This document shows, piece after piece, positions 1-16,563 of a stretch of DNA of 60,908 bases. The stretch lies in IMG/VR virus record IMGVR_UViG_3300027734_000034; one strand, 5' to 3'. Within the stretch, counting starts at the first letter, position 1. Each line of letters starts with the position of its first letter. This DNA comes from a virus. Taxonomy: Duplodnaviria > Heunggongvirae > Uroviricota > Caudoviricetes. The notes beneath the pieces are model-generated. The model saw nothing but the letters and a program-made list of their open reading frames with translations, was not told the origin of the DNA and searched no databases. A program made the position numbers and the translations under genes.

Positions 1-1378
1 TAGATCCAATCGTACCAGTTGCACCTGTTGCTCCGGTAGCACCTGTACTTCCTATTGTACCAGTTGCACCTGTTGCCCCAGTTGCTCCAGTACTACCAAT
101 CGTACCTGTTGCACCTGTTGCGCCATACGATCCTGTTACAGATGTGTCAGCCCAAAGTATACTTGTATTTGCTGGTGCTGTTGCTTGTGTCACAATACCC
201 GGTACACCTGTTGCACCAGTGGCCCCTGTTGTACCTACATATCCAGTTGCACCTGTTGTTCCTTGTGCGCCAGTTGCACCCGTTGCGCCAGTTGTACCTA
301 CATATCCAGTAGCACCAGTAGCACCTGTTGTTCCTACTACACCTGTTGCACCAGTAGCACCAGTACTACCTATATAACCAGTAGCGCCTGTTGCACCAGT
401 ACTACCTATTGTACCAGTGGCACCTGTAGCACCTGATGCTCCTGTATAGCCAGTAGCACCAGTAGCACCTTGAATACCTACTGCGCCTGCTAAGTTTACA
501 GACCAGGCAGCATATGTACCTGAACCAGTAAAAGTATTTTTAACAAATAACAATGCACCTGTGCCCGGGGTATAACTGATTACAGTTCCATATTGAATGT
601 TACTTACATTATACGCTACAATAATATCTTGTCCGGTAGTATAATCAACATTTAAATCAACTACTGTAATAGTTTGATTACCAGAATTACCTAAAGTAAA
701 TGATGTATTTGATGTAGTAGAATATTTGTCTCCATCTGCACCTGATGCACCTGTACTGCCTATAGTACCCGTAGCGCCTGTTGCACCTGTACTACCTATA
801 GTACCCGTAGCGCCTGTTGCACCTGTACTACCTATTGTACCTGTTGCTCCTGTAGCGCCAGTTGTTCCTACAACACCAGTAGCGCCTGTAGCACCTGTTG
901 TTCCAACATATCCTGTAGCGCCAGTGGCACCAGTTGTTCCTTGAAAGCCTGTAGCGCCAGTACTACCTAATCCAGTAGCACCAGTAGCACCCGTTGCGCC
1001 TGTGCTACCTCGTGTACCAGTTGCACCAGTAGCACCCGTTAGGCCTGTAGCGCCTGCTGATCCTGTAGCAGTAGTATCAACCCATAGTATGTTTGTATTT
1101 GCTGGTGCAGTTGATTGCGCTATTATACCTTGAGCACCTGTAGCACCTGTTGTTCCAATATAACCAGTAGCACCTGTTGCTCCTGTACTTCCAATATAAC
1201 CAGTACTGCCAGTGGCACCTAATCCAGTAGCACCCGTTGCCCCAGTACTACCTATTGTTCCAGTAGCACCAGTGGCACCTAATCCAGTAGCACCCGTTGC
1301 CCCAGTTGTACCTTGATTACCAAGTGATGCTGGAACCCATTGACTAGTGGTAGTGTTATAATATTTTAGTACTGACAT
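1..1378 (-). CDS. Collagen-like (Gly-X-Y, GAT-repeat) fibre protein, 3' end runs off the window (absent from ORF track)
   Basis: ATG at 1378 gives [23 protein letters not shown] followed by (GAT/GST/GYT)n. The frame is open to position 1, with non-collagen inserts such as [17 protein letters not shown]...WSVNLAG. Confidence 0.85.
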   Translation of the reverse strand, partial: MSVLKYYNTTTSQWVPASLGNQGTTGATGATGLGATGATGTIGSTGATGATGLGATGSTGYIGSTGATGATGYIGTTGATGAQGIIAQSTAPANTNILWVDTTATGSAGATGLTGATGATGTRGSTGATGATGATGLGSTGATGFQGTTGATGATGYVGTTGATGATGVVGTTGATGATGTIGSTGATGATGTIGSTGATGATGTIGSTGASGADGDKYSTTSNTSFTLGNSGNQTITVVDLNVDYTTGQDIIVAYNVSNIQYGTVISYTPGTGALLFVKNTFTGSGTYAAWSVNLAGAVGIQGATGATGYTGASGATGATGTIGSTGATGATGYIGSTGATGATGVVGTTGATGATGYVGTTGATGATGAQGTTGATGYVGTTGATGATGVPGIVTQATAPANTSILWADTSVTGSYGATGATGTIGSTGATGATGATGTIGSTGATGATGATGTIGS

Positions 1379-1401
1379 TTAGTTATTTCTTTATTATATA
1401 T

Positions 1402-1629
1402 TTATTGCGTAACGGTTATAGCCTTTAGTTCGTCAATGGTTGTAGCTATATCTGCTAAGTTGGTTATGTCTCGTAGTCTTTGTTTTTCAGCTACGATTGC
1501 AGAAGTGTCGGCACCTGTTTCTAACGCACGTTGAAATGCTACATCTTGTATAGTAAGCAACGGGCCACGTTCTTTTCGCAAGCGAGTTTTAGTAATTTCT
1601 TTAGCTTTATCTATATTGATAGTGATCAT
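1402..1629 (-). CDS. Putative tail fibre assembly chaperone
   Basis: MITINIDKAKEI...LRKERGPLL...D.AFQRALE...KQRLRDIT resembles phage tail-assembly chaperones. Start moved to 1629 because of the ATGA overlap with the upstream stop. Confidence 0.6.
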   Translation of the reverse strand: MITINIDKAKEITKTRLRKERGPLLTIQDVAFQRALETGADTSAIVAEKQRLRDITNLADIATTIDELKAITVTQ

Positions 1630-1877
1630 TTTTGCTCCTGTTCTAAGTGCCATGCTTCTGAACCAATCCCGTAACCATCGGGGTTAGCAAAATCTGCTTC
1701 CCAAGCATCATAAAACTCAAAATCGTTTGGTATTTGTGACCTATCAATGATGTGATAGGGAATTCCAGCTGGTACATCTTTACGTGCGATTTCTTCAATA
1801 GAAATACCACAATTAGGTGCAGGTATCACTAATGTGACACCACCTGTTTCTGATTCATGTATAATTACCTTTGACAT
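1626..1877 (-). CDS. Small protein of the type found downstream of tail fibre genes (fibre assembly-associated)
   Basis: IARKDVPAGIPYHIIDRSQIP...F.DAW motif; lies directly after the 1922-aa fibre gene. Confidence 0.55.
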   Translation of the reverse strand: MSKVIIHESETGGVTLVIPAPNCGISIEEIARKDVPAGIPYHIIDRSQIPNDFEFYDAWEADFANPDGYGIGSEAWHLEQEQK

Positions 1878-1885
1878 AATTTTCC

Positions 1886-7657
<5,772 letters not shown>

Positions 7658-7673
7658 TTATACCTTTTATTAT

Positions 7674-8954
7674 TTACCAAGGTGTCAATGCAATTCTCTG
7701 CCATATATCACTACCTACATAATATGTTGCGGTAGTAGCAGTTGAATTTGAACTGACTGCAACAGTTGTTCCGGCTACACCGTTTGTTCTTGATTGGCTA
7801 ACTGTAATGTTTGGGCTAGATACTGTCTTAATATAATAAACTGTATTTGATATTAATCCACCTATATTGCCGTTAAATATTATAGGTTCATTTACTGCAC
7901 TTGTTATACTAGACAAATTACCTGATAATGTAATGACATTACCGCTGCTAGTTGTGCTAGTAACACTAGTAACACATGCGGTAGCATTATATGAATCAGT
8001 AGCTACATATACATATGATACTGGATTAGCATACATAGTTCCAGAACCACCTGCTAAGTTTACATTTGCACCACCAATAGTTGTTGAAACAGTAAAATAT
8101 GTATTAGCAGACACATTTCTAACATAGTATGTAGTGCCTGCTGTGATATTAGCTTCAATACTAGTGCCAGTAAATATCACAGGCAAATCAGTATACAATT
8201 GAGTAGTATCACTAACACTAAAGTAATCTGCTGCGTTAGTAGTTGAAATTGTCAATTGATTAAATGATGGACCAACTGCCACATCGCCTGTTACATCACC
8301 TTGCAATCCAGTTGGTGGAACAATTCTTTGCTGTATTTGTGTGGCTGCTCTTGGTCTATTGATTGGGCTAATATATAATGTATTGCCACAATCAGTAGTA
8401 GTAATTAAGTAATTAAGTTGCGTTACCCCTGCAGGAGCAGTTACTGTAACTAATCCACCTATATTAGAGAAATTCTCAAGTGTGCTAATACCGTTGTTGT
8501 TAGCATTTGCTACTACAATATTACCGGAGAAAGTAATTACTGCTAATGAATTAGATACTGATATGTTTAATTGTACATTAGCTTGTGTTCCGGCAGGTGC
8601 CCAACTACCAAAGTTAAACGTAGTGTTTGATGCTACTGCACCATATTGAACATCACCTAAACTAGTATCAACTAACACAGTACCGGCTAATGCATTGCCC
8701 AAATTGTATGTAGTTGATCTAAAACTTCTAACACTTGCATTGCTAATAAGAGTATTAGCCATATCATTGTTTAATGTAGTTCCAGTTAACGCTTGTTTAA
8801 CTACTACTTTGTTTTGTAAATCTGTGATTTCAGTTCCAGCTGTGTTTAAGTTGGTAACGATAGATGCAAAGTTATCTCTGAACCCTTGACTGTTATTGTT
8901 AACACCAGGCACTGGATAGTTTACATTGATTGAATTTGTGTTTATGGTACTCAT
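7674..8954 (-). CDS. Virion structural protein (fibre/baseplate-associated)
   Basis: N-terminal YPVPGVNNNSQGFRDNF motif, beta-rich T/S/N composition, two G-L/I-xxxTxYYV modules, structural gene context. Confidence 0.6.
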   Translation of the reverse strand: MSTINTNSINVNYPVPGVNNNSQGFRDNFASIVTNLNTAGTEITDLQNKVVVKQALTGTTLNNDMANTLISNASVRSFRSTTYNLGNALAGTVLVDTSLGDVQYGAVASNTTFNFGSWAPAGTQANVQLNISVSNSLAVITFSGNIVVANANNNGISTLENFSNIGGLVTVTAPAGVTQLNYLITTTDCGNTLYISPINRPRAATQIQQRIVPPTGLQGDVTGDVAVGPSFNQLTISTTNAADYFSVSDTTQLYTDLPVIFTGTSIEANITAGTTYYVRNVSANTYFTVSTTIGGANVNLAGGSGTMYANPVSYVYVATDSYNATACVTSVTSTTSSGNVITLSGNLSSITSAVNEPIIFNGNIGGLISNTVYYIKTVSSPNITVSQSRTNGVAGTTVAVSSNSTATTATYYVGSDIWQRIALTPW

Positions 8955-8978
8955 TGTTTTATTCCGTTATATATATAT

Positions 8979-11537
8979 TTAGTATTGTGCATTATTCGGA
9001 AGAATAGTTTCTCTTGGGAATAACACATAAAAATCTTGACTGTTAAGAGGATTTGGTACAGGGTTAGCACTAGGTAAACCCGTCCAAGCAGGCGGATTTA
9101 AATTATTGTCCCAATCGTAGGTGATACTCTTATTAACTGAGAATCTATCAATATTAAAATTGATTTCATTTAATGAATACTTAACAAATTGTGCTTGTCC
9201 AGTTGTATAACTAGTATAACCCCAATTTTCTTCTATGTTAGCTTTAACTATATCAGCAAAACCAGGCTTTGTATAACAGATAACCCATGCTTGAGTATAA
9301 CCTAATGTTCCACCTGCTATGCCTGCTGCACGATTAGTAGGAGTATCAGGCTGTTGGCTTGTCATCCATAATGGTAATAATGTACTATTGTAAACTTGCC
9401 CTAATACATTTGCTACACGATTACGCATGTTGTATAAACTATTTGGATACAATGTTCTAGCAAATCCAGGCGTTAAACTAGTATAAAATTCTAAATTGCC
9501 AGTTAAATCGTCAGCGAAACTTGTAAAAATATCTGTTACACTAGTATACCATGGGCCTAAATTTAAGTTTATTGGTCTTGGCCAATATATACTGCTCTCA
9601 ATACTAACACCCTGTGGATTGACTAAATTATCTATTACACTACTATATACTACTTCATAAATTACATCGCCGTTTTCATCTTTTGCTACAGCAGTTTTTA
9701 ATTCACCTAATATTATATTTCTCCAATAGTGATTTCTTGTTACAGCAGCAATATATTGTTGTATGTCACTAGCATAAATCCCGTACGCATGTTCATATAT
9801 AATACTAGTTGCTTTACCAAAATAAACATCATTTGGTCTATATATTACAGCAGGTGGAATTAGTTCGTCATTATCTAATAAAGTAGCTAACAATTGTCTA
9901 TCTTGTATACTTGGTGCTGCTTCAATATAAAGTATATCAGTTGGTTGACTATATTCTTGATAAACAGTAACAGTGAACGTTTTAGTTGATTGTATTATTG
10001 AATAAATAGGAGAATATGCTTGTATAGTGAATGTAAAATCAGTACTCATTCCACCTTCTAAGAATACATCTGTTGGTTGATTAGCTACGATTCCCGTTAT
10101 TTCCCCGTTATCTAACAATATTAAGTTAGGAGGTAATGTTCCAGAGTCTACTCTATACTGTAAACTTACATCAGATTCTGCTAATACTTTTAATATACTG
10201 GGTGTACCATTGAATACAGTTCCTAAATTAGAACTAGTTACCCATGTTATATCACCTACTATATCTAATGCAAGATTAAATCCAAAGTTAAAGACGGGAG
10301 ATCCTATATTTTCTCTACCTTTTTTAACTGCTTGTGCGGTGAATCTATAAGTATTGATTCCCGGTAATGATAATATGGGTGTACCTGTTATCCAACCAGT
10401 AGTACTACTATATGTTATTCCTGGCGGCAAACCAGTGCAAATATATGAAAGGTCGTTGCTGTCAAAATCATACCCAATCAATTTAAATGCAAAATAGTTG
10501 TCACTTTGTGCAGTACCTATTTCTGCATTTTGACTAGGTGGTATAGGTGGTAACAGATAATAACCATAATATATATCAGTATCTGGAGGATTGATAACCA
10601 ATGGTCGTGTGTTCAATATAGTAGGTGGTCTAGTATTTGGTGGGTTACCTGGACCACCTTGACTTACTGATAAGTTTTGATTTATAACTGTTATTGAATA
10701 TGATTGTGTAGTATTGCCTAATCTACTAACTAATCTTAACACAAAATTGTATGACCTAATTGTAGGTGAACCAGTTGATGTTTGTGGTAATGTTACCGAC
10801 ATTGCTCCAACGTCATCTGATAATGAAAATGTACTACCATTCTGAGATACTGATATTGAAAATGCATTCAATGTAGTATCAACTTCTTTAACATAATATA
10901 CTTGACCGGGTGAAATAGTACTGATAGTATCACCAGTAAAATAAACAGGTCTTCCGGGCGTCACTCCGGATACAGTTAAACAATACACATAATCATTTGC
11001 AGCTAAGGTCGATGTTGCAAGTGTGGTAACAATTGGCAATGTTTCCTCACTCAATGGAGGATTAGGATAACCTTGAATTAATCCTTTATAATTAATTTCT
11101 AATCCAGGTGGTATTGTGCCTTCTTGCAATTCAACTACAGCAGGATTTGATGTATCTGGATCAGTGTATTCTATTTGTAATTGAGTCCAAACACTATCTA
11201 TTGTAGATAATAATATACCACTTGGAGTAGTAAACTGAGGCAATGCTGAACCTGAAATCAATATAGAAAAAGTTCTATCTCTTATGTTACCTAAATTATC
11301 AGTTGCTCTTATTGTAAATACAGTGGTAGTATCTTGTAAAACAAGTACAGGGATACCAGTTATATAACCGGTTACTGAGTTTAATGATAGATTGTCAGGT
11401 AATGTGCCTGCTAATAATATATATCCTACCGTAACAGCCGGGCTTACTGGCTCTGCTAATATTGAAAATGATATTGAATATCCGTAAGGATATGATCCTA
11501 AAGAGCCTGCTGGTGTAATCCAAGTTGGTTGTGCCAT
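8979..11537 (-). CDS. Baseplate/tail-associated protein with repeated Ig-like (GTLPxGL...G.ITG) domains
   Basis: Repeated W.TP.G.L / GTLPP.L.L...G.I.G.P / FTI.A segments characteristic of putative Ig domains; structural context. Confidence 0.6.
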   Translation of the reverse strand: MAQPTWITPAGSLGSYPYGYSISFSILAEPVSPAVTVGYILLAGTLPDNLSLNSVTGYITGIPVLVLQDTTTVFTIRATDNLGNIRDRTFSILISGSALPQFTTPSGILLSTIDSVWTQLQIEYTDPDTSNPAVVELQEGTIPPGLEINYKGLIQGYPNPPLSEETLPIVTTLATSTLAANDYVYCLTVSGVTPGRPVYFTGDTISTISPGQVYYVKEVDTTLNAFSISVSQNGSTFSLSDDVGAMSVTLPQTSTGSPTIRSYNFVLRLVSRLGNTTQSYSITVINQNLSVSQGGPGNPPNTRPPTILNTRPLVINPPDTDIYYGYYLLPPIPPSQNAEIGTAQSDNYFAFKLIGYDFDSNDLSYICTGLPPGITYSSTTGWITGTPILSLPGINTYRFTAQAVKKGRENIGSPVFNFGFNLALDIVGDITWVTSSNLGTVFNGTPSILKVLAESDVSLQYRVDSGTLPPNLILLDNGEITGIVANQPTDVFLEGGMSTDFTFTIQAYSPIYSIIQSTKTFTVTVYQEYSQPTDILYIEAAPSIQDRQLLATLLDNDELIPPAVIYRPNDVYFGKATSIIYEHAYGIYASDIQQYIAAVTRNHYWRNIILGELKTAVAKDENGDVIYEVVYSSVIDNLVNPQGVSIESSIYWPRPINLNLGPWYTSVTDIFTSFADDLTGNLEFYTSLTPGFARTLYPNSLYNMRNRVANVLGQVYNSTLLPLWMTSQQPDTPTNRAAGIAGGTLGYTQAWVICYTKPGFADIVKANIEENWGYTSYTTGQAQFVKYSLNEINFNIDRFSVNKSITYDWDNNLNPPAWTGLPSANPVPNPLNSQDFYVLFPRETILPNNAQY

Positions 11538-11538
11538 G

Positions 11539-12159
11539 TTATGTTGTTAAGTAATGCATCGCTATGTCATAGTGATGCTTCCTATCTTCTAACCCAATAG
11601 TACCACCATTGATACGTTTGGTTAGTGTCACGAAATCACCACTATCACAATATTGATTTAGTTTATTGTTATCCCAAAACCATCCTGCACTTGATACAGC
11701 ACCGTTTGGTGTTTCTAGGTAAGCTACTGTATCTTCTAAACTCATTCCTAAATCATTTGCAAATTTTGTATAGTTATCACGCCCGGTCAATTGAATCAAT
11801 CCACGGCCACAAAAACGATATCCATCACCACTTGACTCGTCACCATTCTTCATGCGATTAGCATAAACACGGTTAGCAATCTTCTCTGGTTTTTTAGCAT
11901 ATTGATTTGCTATTTCATCATTGTGGAAATATTTACCAAATGTACCACGTAAACCCTTAGAACTATAGTTTAGATTTTCTTTGATAGCAGTATAACCACC
12001 ACTCTCGTGTGCTGTCTGTGCTAAGAAGCCTGCTAGTCGTGCAGGATTATCGTTCATCTCATAATACTCTGCCACTGTGTTTAGTGGTTCTAAGTATCCC
12101 TCAAGTATACTTACTTTTGTCTTTGGACACATATGTGTTAATAAATCTAATGTTACCAT
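11539..12159 (-). CDS. Glycoside hydrolase family 19 lysozyme (endolysin or virion lysin)
   Basis: FLAQTAHESGG, GRGLIQLTGRDNY, SAGWFW and RINGGTIGLEDR motifs. Start moved to 12159 (AGGA RBS, upstream stop at 12171). Confidence 0.9.
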   Translation of the reverse strand: MVTLDLLTHMCPKTKVSILEGYLEPLNTVAEYYEMNDNPARLAGFLAQTAHESGGYTAIKENLNYSSKGLRGTFGKYFHNDEIANQYAKKPEKIANRVYANRMKNGDESSGDGYRFCGRGLIQLTGRDNYTKFANDLGMSLEDTVAYLETPNGAVSSAGWFWDNNKLNQYCDSGDFVTLTKRINGGTIGLEDRKHHYDIAMHYLTT

Positions 12160-12170
12160 ATTATTTCCTA

Positions 12171-15100
12171 TTATGCGTATGTTGCACCTATTGTATACCA
12201 TTGCGTAGTAGTAGGAGCCATGTATTGTAATGTAGCATTAGCCCCTTGCGTAAATGCTGCGTTAGCTGCTTGACTATTAATTATACCATTGGTTTGTGGA
12301 TATACTAACAAACTATTTGCACTATTATTAGTAATGTAAACTACTGTTCCTGCTACTGCTGCTGGTAATCTAACACCTGTACCAGAATTCACTGTACTTA
12401 CTATATTAATTTCTGTAGTTAATCCTGTTGCTTGTGCTTGTGTTGTTCCATTAGCAGATATACCAGTAGTAACAGCGCGTGTTATGTAAGCAGTAGCTGT
12501 TATGTTTGCTGCCTGAACAGTTCCACTCGCAGTTACATTACCTGAGAATGTGGTGGCAGATATTGTGTTGGTTGCCAAATTAAATGATATACCAGTTGGA
12601 CCAACCGCATGTGCATAATTTCCACTAGTACTACCACTGATAACTACTGGATAATATGTACCGGTTGTTTGTGCTGTAATTGCACCAAAATCACTTACAT
12701 TAGCATATGCAACATTTAAGTTTGCTACACGGGTAGTGCTTTGTACACTTAGTGGTGCAGTACTTGTTGCTACATTACTAGTGAATGTTGTGGCCGTAAC
12801 TGTTGCATTTACATTTAATCCTGTTAATGTACCAAGTGATGTAACATTAGGTTGACCATTACTTGCAGTATTGAATGTGGCTTGAACGTAATTGGCTTGT
12901 AATAAATTAGCACCTGCTAGTTGTGATGAACCACCGCTCATTGTGATATTACCATTGGCAGCAAATGTAAGACTTGTGAATGAAGTACTGACACTTGTAA
13001 TATTTGGTTGAGCGGCAGTTGTTACTGTACCGGCTGTAGTAGCACTACCTGCACTTACAGCGTATGTTGCATTGGCTACGGTTCCAGTAACATTAGCACC
13101 TACTAATGAACTTAATCCATTGCCGTTGCCAGTAAATACACCTGTGTTTGCTGTAAATGCAACCGCAGTGACTGTACCATTAACTCCCAATGATGTTAAT
13201 GTACCAACACTAGTAATATTACCCTGTGCTGCTGTTGTCACGGTACCAGCAGTAGTTGCTGCACCTGACAATGCACCAACAAATGTAGTAGCAGTAATAG
13301 AAGCATTACCTAAATTAGCACTGATACTTGTATTGATTACCGCAGATGAATTACCATTTGCTGATGAAGTAGAAAATGTTGGGTATACTGTCGTAGAAGT
13401 AGATGTATTCTGTAATAGTGCAGCAGCGTTAGTTGCGCTACCTACGGTACCAGTAACATTAGCACCGACCAACGAACTTAATCCATTGCCATTACCAGTA
13501 AATACACCTGTATTTGCAGTAAATGCTACCGCAGTTACTGTGCCGTTAACGCCAAGTGATGTTAATGTACCAACACTTGTAATATTTGGTTGAGCCGCAG
13601 TTGTTACAGTGCCTGCTGTAGTAGCACTGCCTGCTGTTGCTACACTTAGATTAGCTACTTGTGTCGTACTTGTTACAACAAATGGTGCAGTACCGCCGGC
13701 GACATTAGATATAAATTGTGGACTAGTTACATTAGCACTTGCTAATACTTGCGCCGTGCCTAAGTTACCTACATTAGCATTACCATTTGCATTTAATGTA
13801 CCAGTAATATTAGCACCAGTGCCAGTTGCTATAATTGTAGTAACCCCTGCTGCCGTAATGTTTACATTGCCATTTGATGATGGGATGCTTATATTACTGT
13901 TACCATTTGCTAGTATACCGCCTATGTTACCTGTAATATTACCAACGAATGTAGTAGCAATCAATGCCCCATTCGCTAAGTTAGCACTAATTAGTGTATT
14001 ACTTCCAAGAGCATAATTACCACTAGCACTTGCACTTACAAATACTGGATTCCATGTACCAGTAGTTTGTGTTGTTACCACGCTAAAGTCACTTACATTA
14101 GCATATGAAACATTTAAGTTTGCTACACGATTGGTACTTTGTACACTAAATGGTGCACCAGTCGCAGTTGCTATATTAGATATAAATTGAGGACTTGTTA
14201 CATTAGCACTTGCTAATACTTGTGCTGTGCCTAAATTAAGTACATTAGCATTACCGGATACATTTGCTGTACCAGTAATATTAGCACCAGTTGATGTAAC
14301 AACTAATCTGTTTGCACCTGTAACTGCAATAGCAATATTAGCATTGGCAGTTATTGATACATTGCTATTTCCGTTTTGTAGTAAACTACTGTTGATAGTA
14401 GTAATGTTACCAGTAGTAATGATAGCAGTAGCTGTACCTAAATTACCAACATTAGCATTTCCTGTCCCGGTGTTTAATGTACCGGTAATGTTGGCACCAG
14501 TGCCAGTTACTGTTACTATGCTTGCATTACCCGCTACCCCAATTGTAATATTTCCATTGATTGTACTAATATCGACATTGCTGGTTCCGTTTGCAATTGA
14601 GTTAGCTGCACCATGTAATCTACCTACAAAGTAATTGGCAATTGCACTATTACCTAAGTTAGCATTGGCAGAAGTTAAATCGCCACTAAGGTTAGCATAT
14701 GACCCGTCTACATTACCTAACCAACTTAAACCCCTAGCATTACCTAAATTATTATATGTTACTACATCACTACTAATACTTACATTACTACCAAATGCAA
14801 ATTCGCTATTGCTATTGTCCCATCCCATAAACGCAGTAACCGGAGTAGTAGTGTAATATTGTAATGCACTACCTCTATCTTTTCCGTCATTACTTGTTAA
14901 TGGTGCACCATTAACGCCGCCGCCCAATGATATAATTGGATCTTCGACATTGAATGAATCAACATTATAATATGTTGTATTACCTGCAACTATCAAATTA
15001 CCTGCCATGTAGTTATTAGCGCCACCAAAGTAAGTACTACCATTTGCAATGTACAATGAATATGGATTAGTAATTAATGTAGTTCCTGAATTTGCTGGAC

Positions 15101-16466
15101 TGTTTGCTATATAAAAAGTTGCTGCATTTGTAAATGTCACTGTTGCGTTAGTTGCTGTTAGTGTTGGCTGAGCAATTGCATGTATTGCACCATTTGTTAT
15201 GGTTGCACTTGCCAATGCTACATTATCTGTATATGTACTGGATAACGCACGAATACCTAAATTACCAGTTATAGTTGATACATTAGCATTACCTGTGGCT
15301 GCCCCTGTAATATTAAAATTATTTGCTTGTACTCTTCCATTGCCACCTGTAGTAGATATATTACCTGCTGTAACTATATCACCAGTAATATTTGCTATAC
15401 CTGAAATGTTTGCACCAGTTGAAGTAGCTGATATTGTAGCAGTTGTGTTGCCTGCAACAAAGATAGAAACTGTTGTATTTGCACCTATAGTAACATTACT
15501 ATTACCATTTTGTATTAATGGAATATTAGCACTAGTAGTAAATATACCTTGTTCAGCACCTATGTTACCGACATTAGCATTACCTGATATATTAGCAGTA
15601 CCTGTAATATTAGCACCAGTGTCACTAACTACCATTGTGCTATTGCTAATGGCAGTAAATGTAATATTTGAATTATTTGTAATAGAAATATTACTATTAC
15701 CATTTGCTAATGTGCCTATAAAATTAGCACTGATTGTATTACCCGCTACTGTTAACAATGGAGTTTGTAATAAACCGTTTGCGGTAGTAAAAGTAAATCC
15801 TGAGTTACCAGAGAATTTACCTAAATTACTTCCACTACCTTGAAATTGAACTTCGGCAGCATTACCACCGGCAACACCATTACCTGCTGTAACCGCTGAC
15901 CAAGATAAATTACCTGCACCGTCAGTAACGATAGTATATCCAGCGCCGCCGCCCGGGATATGTAAATTACTTACGCTAGATATGTATGTATTTGAACCAG
16001 TAAAATTTGCACGACCTGCAACATTCAAACTAGTTAAATTTCCAAAACTTGTTAAGTTAGCTTGATAATTTGAATTGCTTGATAAGTTACCATTAAAAAT
16101 TGATAATCCATTATTAACATCGGCAAAATAGTTAGAGTATACTTGGTCAGGATTAATATCAATTACTAATGTCTGACTAGACTGTGTAATTAATGCATTG
16201 CTTCCAGTATTACCGCCCCTACCCATTTTTAATGTGCTAGTAGAAACTTGTAAACATGCAAGATTGGCAGAAACTACAACATTGCCAGTTGGGAAATTAA
16301 CTGTAATACCTGCACCTGGTGTCCTGTTAATAGAAGTTACAGTAGTATTTGCGTTCGCACCAAAAAGTTGGTCAAAGTTGTTCTGTACTTTATTGAAGGC
16401 TGTGCGTATTGCATCTGCTGAAGGATCATCTGGAAACGTTCCAAAGTCTATGTTTTGTTGGCTCAT
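12171..16466 (-). CDS. Large fibre/baseplate structural protein (1431 aa) with ANV/NIT repeats
   Basis: N-terminal IDFGTFPDDPSADAIRTAFNKVQNNF resembles the T4 gp9/gp10-type attachment motif; internal [15 protein letters not shown] repeats. Confidence 0.7.
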   Translation of the reverse strand: MSQQNIDFGTFPDDPSADAIRTAFNKVQNNFDQLFGANANTTVTSINRTPGAGITVNFPTGNVVVSANLACLQVSTSTLKMGRGGNTGSNALITQSSQTLVIDINPDQVYSNYFADVNNGLSIFNGNLSSNSNYQANLTSFGNLTSLNVAGRANFTGSNTYISSVSNLHIPGGGAGYTIVTDGAGNLSWSAVTAGNGVAGGNAAEVQFQGSGSNLGKFSGNSGFTFTTANGLLQTPLLTVAGNTISANFIGTLANGNSNISITNNSNITFTAISNSTMVVSDTGANITGTANISGNANVGNIGAEQGIFTTSANIPLIQNGNSNVTIGANTTVSIFVAGNTTATISATSTGANISGIANITGDIVTAGNISTTGGNGRVQANNFNITGAATGNANVSTITGNLGIRALSSTYTDNVALASATITNGAIHAIAQPTLTATNATVTFTNAATFYIANSPANSGTTLITNPYSLYIANGSTYFGGANNYMAGNLIVAGNTTYYNVDSFNVEDPIISLGGGVNGAPLTSNDGKDRGSALQYYTTTPVTAFMGWDNSNSEFAFGSNVSISSDVVTYNNLGNARGLSWLGNVDGSYANLSGDLTSANANLGNSAIANYFVGRLHGAANSIANGTSNVDISTINGNITIGVAGNASIVTVTGTGANITGTLNTGTGNANVGNLGTATAIITTGNITTINSSLLQNGNSNVSITANANIAIAVTGANRLVVTSTGANITGTANVSGNANVLNLGTAQVLASANVTSPQFISNIATATGAPFSVQSTNRVANLNVSYANVSDFSVVTTQTTGTWNPVFVSASASGNYALGSNTLISANLANGALIATTFVGNITGNIGGILANGNSNISIPSSNGNVNITAAGVTTIIATGTGANITGTLNANGNANVGNLGTAQVLASANVTSPQFISNVAGGTAPFVVTSTTQVANLSVATAGSATTAGTVTTAAQPNITSVGTLTSLGVNGTVTAVAFTANTGVFTGNGNGLSSLVGANVTGTVGSATNAAALLQNTSTSTTVYPTFSTSSANGNSSAVINTSISANLGNASITATTFVGALSGAATTAGTVTTAAQGNITSVGTLTSLGVNGTVTAVAFTANTGVFTGNGNGLSSLVGANVTGTVANATYAVSAGSATTAGTVTTAAQPNITSVSTSFTSLTFAANGNITMSGGSSQLAGANLLQANYVQATFNTASNGQPNVTSLGTLTGLNVNATVTATTFTSNVATSTAPLSVQSTTRVANLNVAYANVSDFGAITAQTTGTYYPVVISGSTSGNYAHAVGPTGISFNLATNTISATTFSGNVTASGTVQAANITATAYITRAVTTGISANGTTQAQATGLTTEINIVSTVNSGTGVRLPAAVAGTVVYITNNSANSLLVYPQTNGIINSQAANAAFTQGANATLQYMAPTTTQWYTIGATYA

Positions 16467-16489
16467 GTTTGTGTTACCTATTTATAATG

Positions 16490-16497
16490 TATTTATC
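16490..16497 (-). promoter_or_regulatory. T4-type late promoter variant GATAAATA
   Basis: GATAAATA about 24 nt upstream of the 16466 start. The same octamer precedes many structural genes. Confidence 0.6.
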
Positions 16498-16519
16498 GTT
16501 TTTTAAGAAACGGTGAACC

Positions 16520-16550
16520 AAAAAAATACCCGACTATCGCCGGGCATTTT
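16520..16550 (-). terminator. Intrinsic terminator
   Basis: Minus strand TGCCCGGC-GATA-GTCGGGTA followed by T-tract, just after the 16564 stop. Confidence 0.75.
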
Positions 16551-16563
16551 AAGTACGGTTTTG

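Noticed and set aside
13072-15843. Plus-strand ORFs rich in LALP/VPV (13072-13593, 13609-14016, 14227-14634, 15199-15843) and similar ones at 37450-38307
   Set aside because: Antisense shadows of ANV/GNA repeats in fibre genes.
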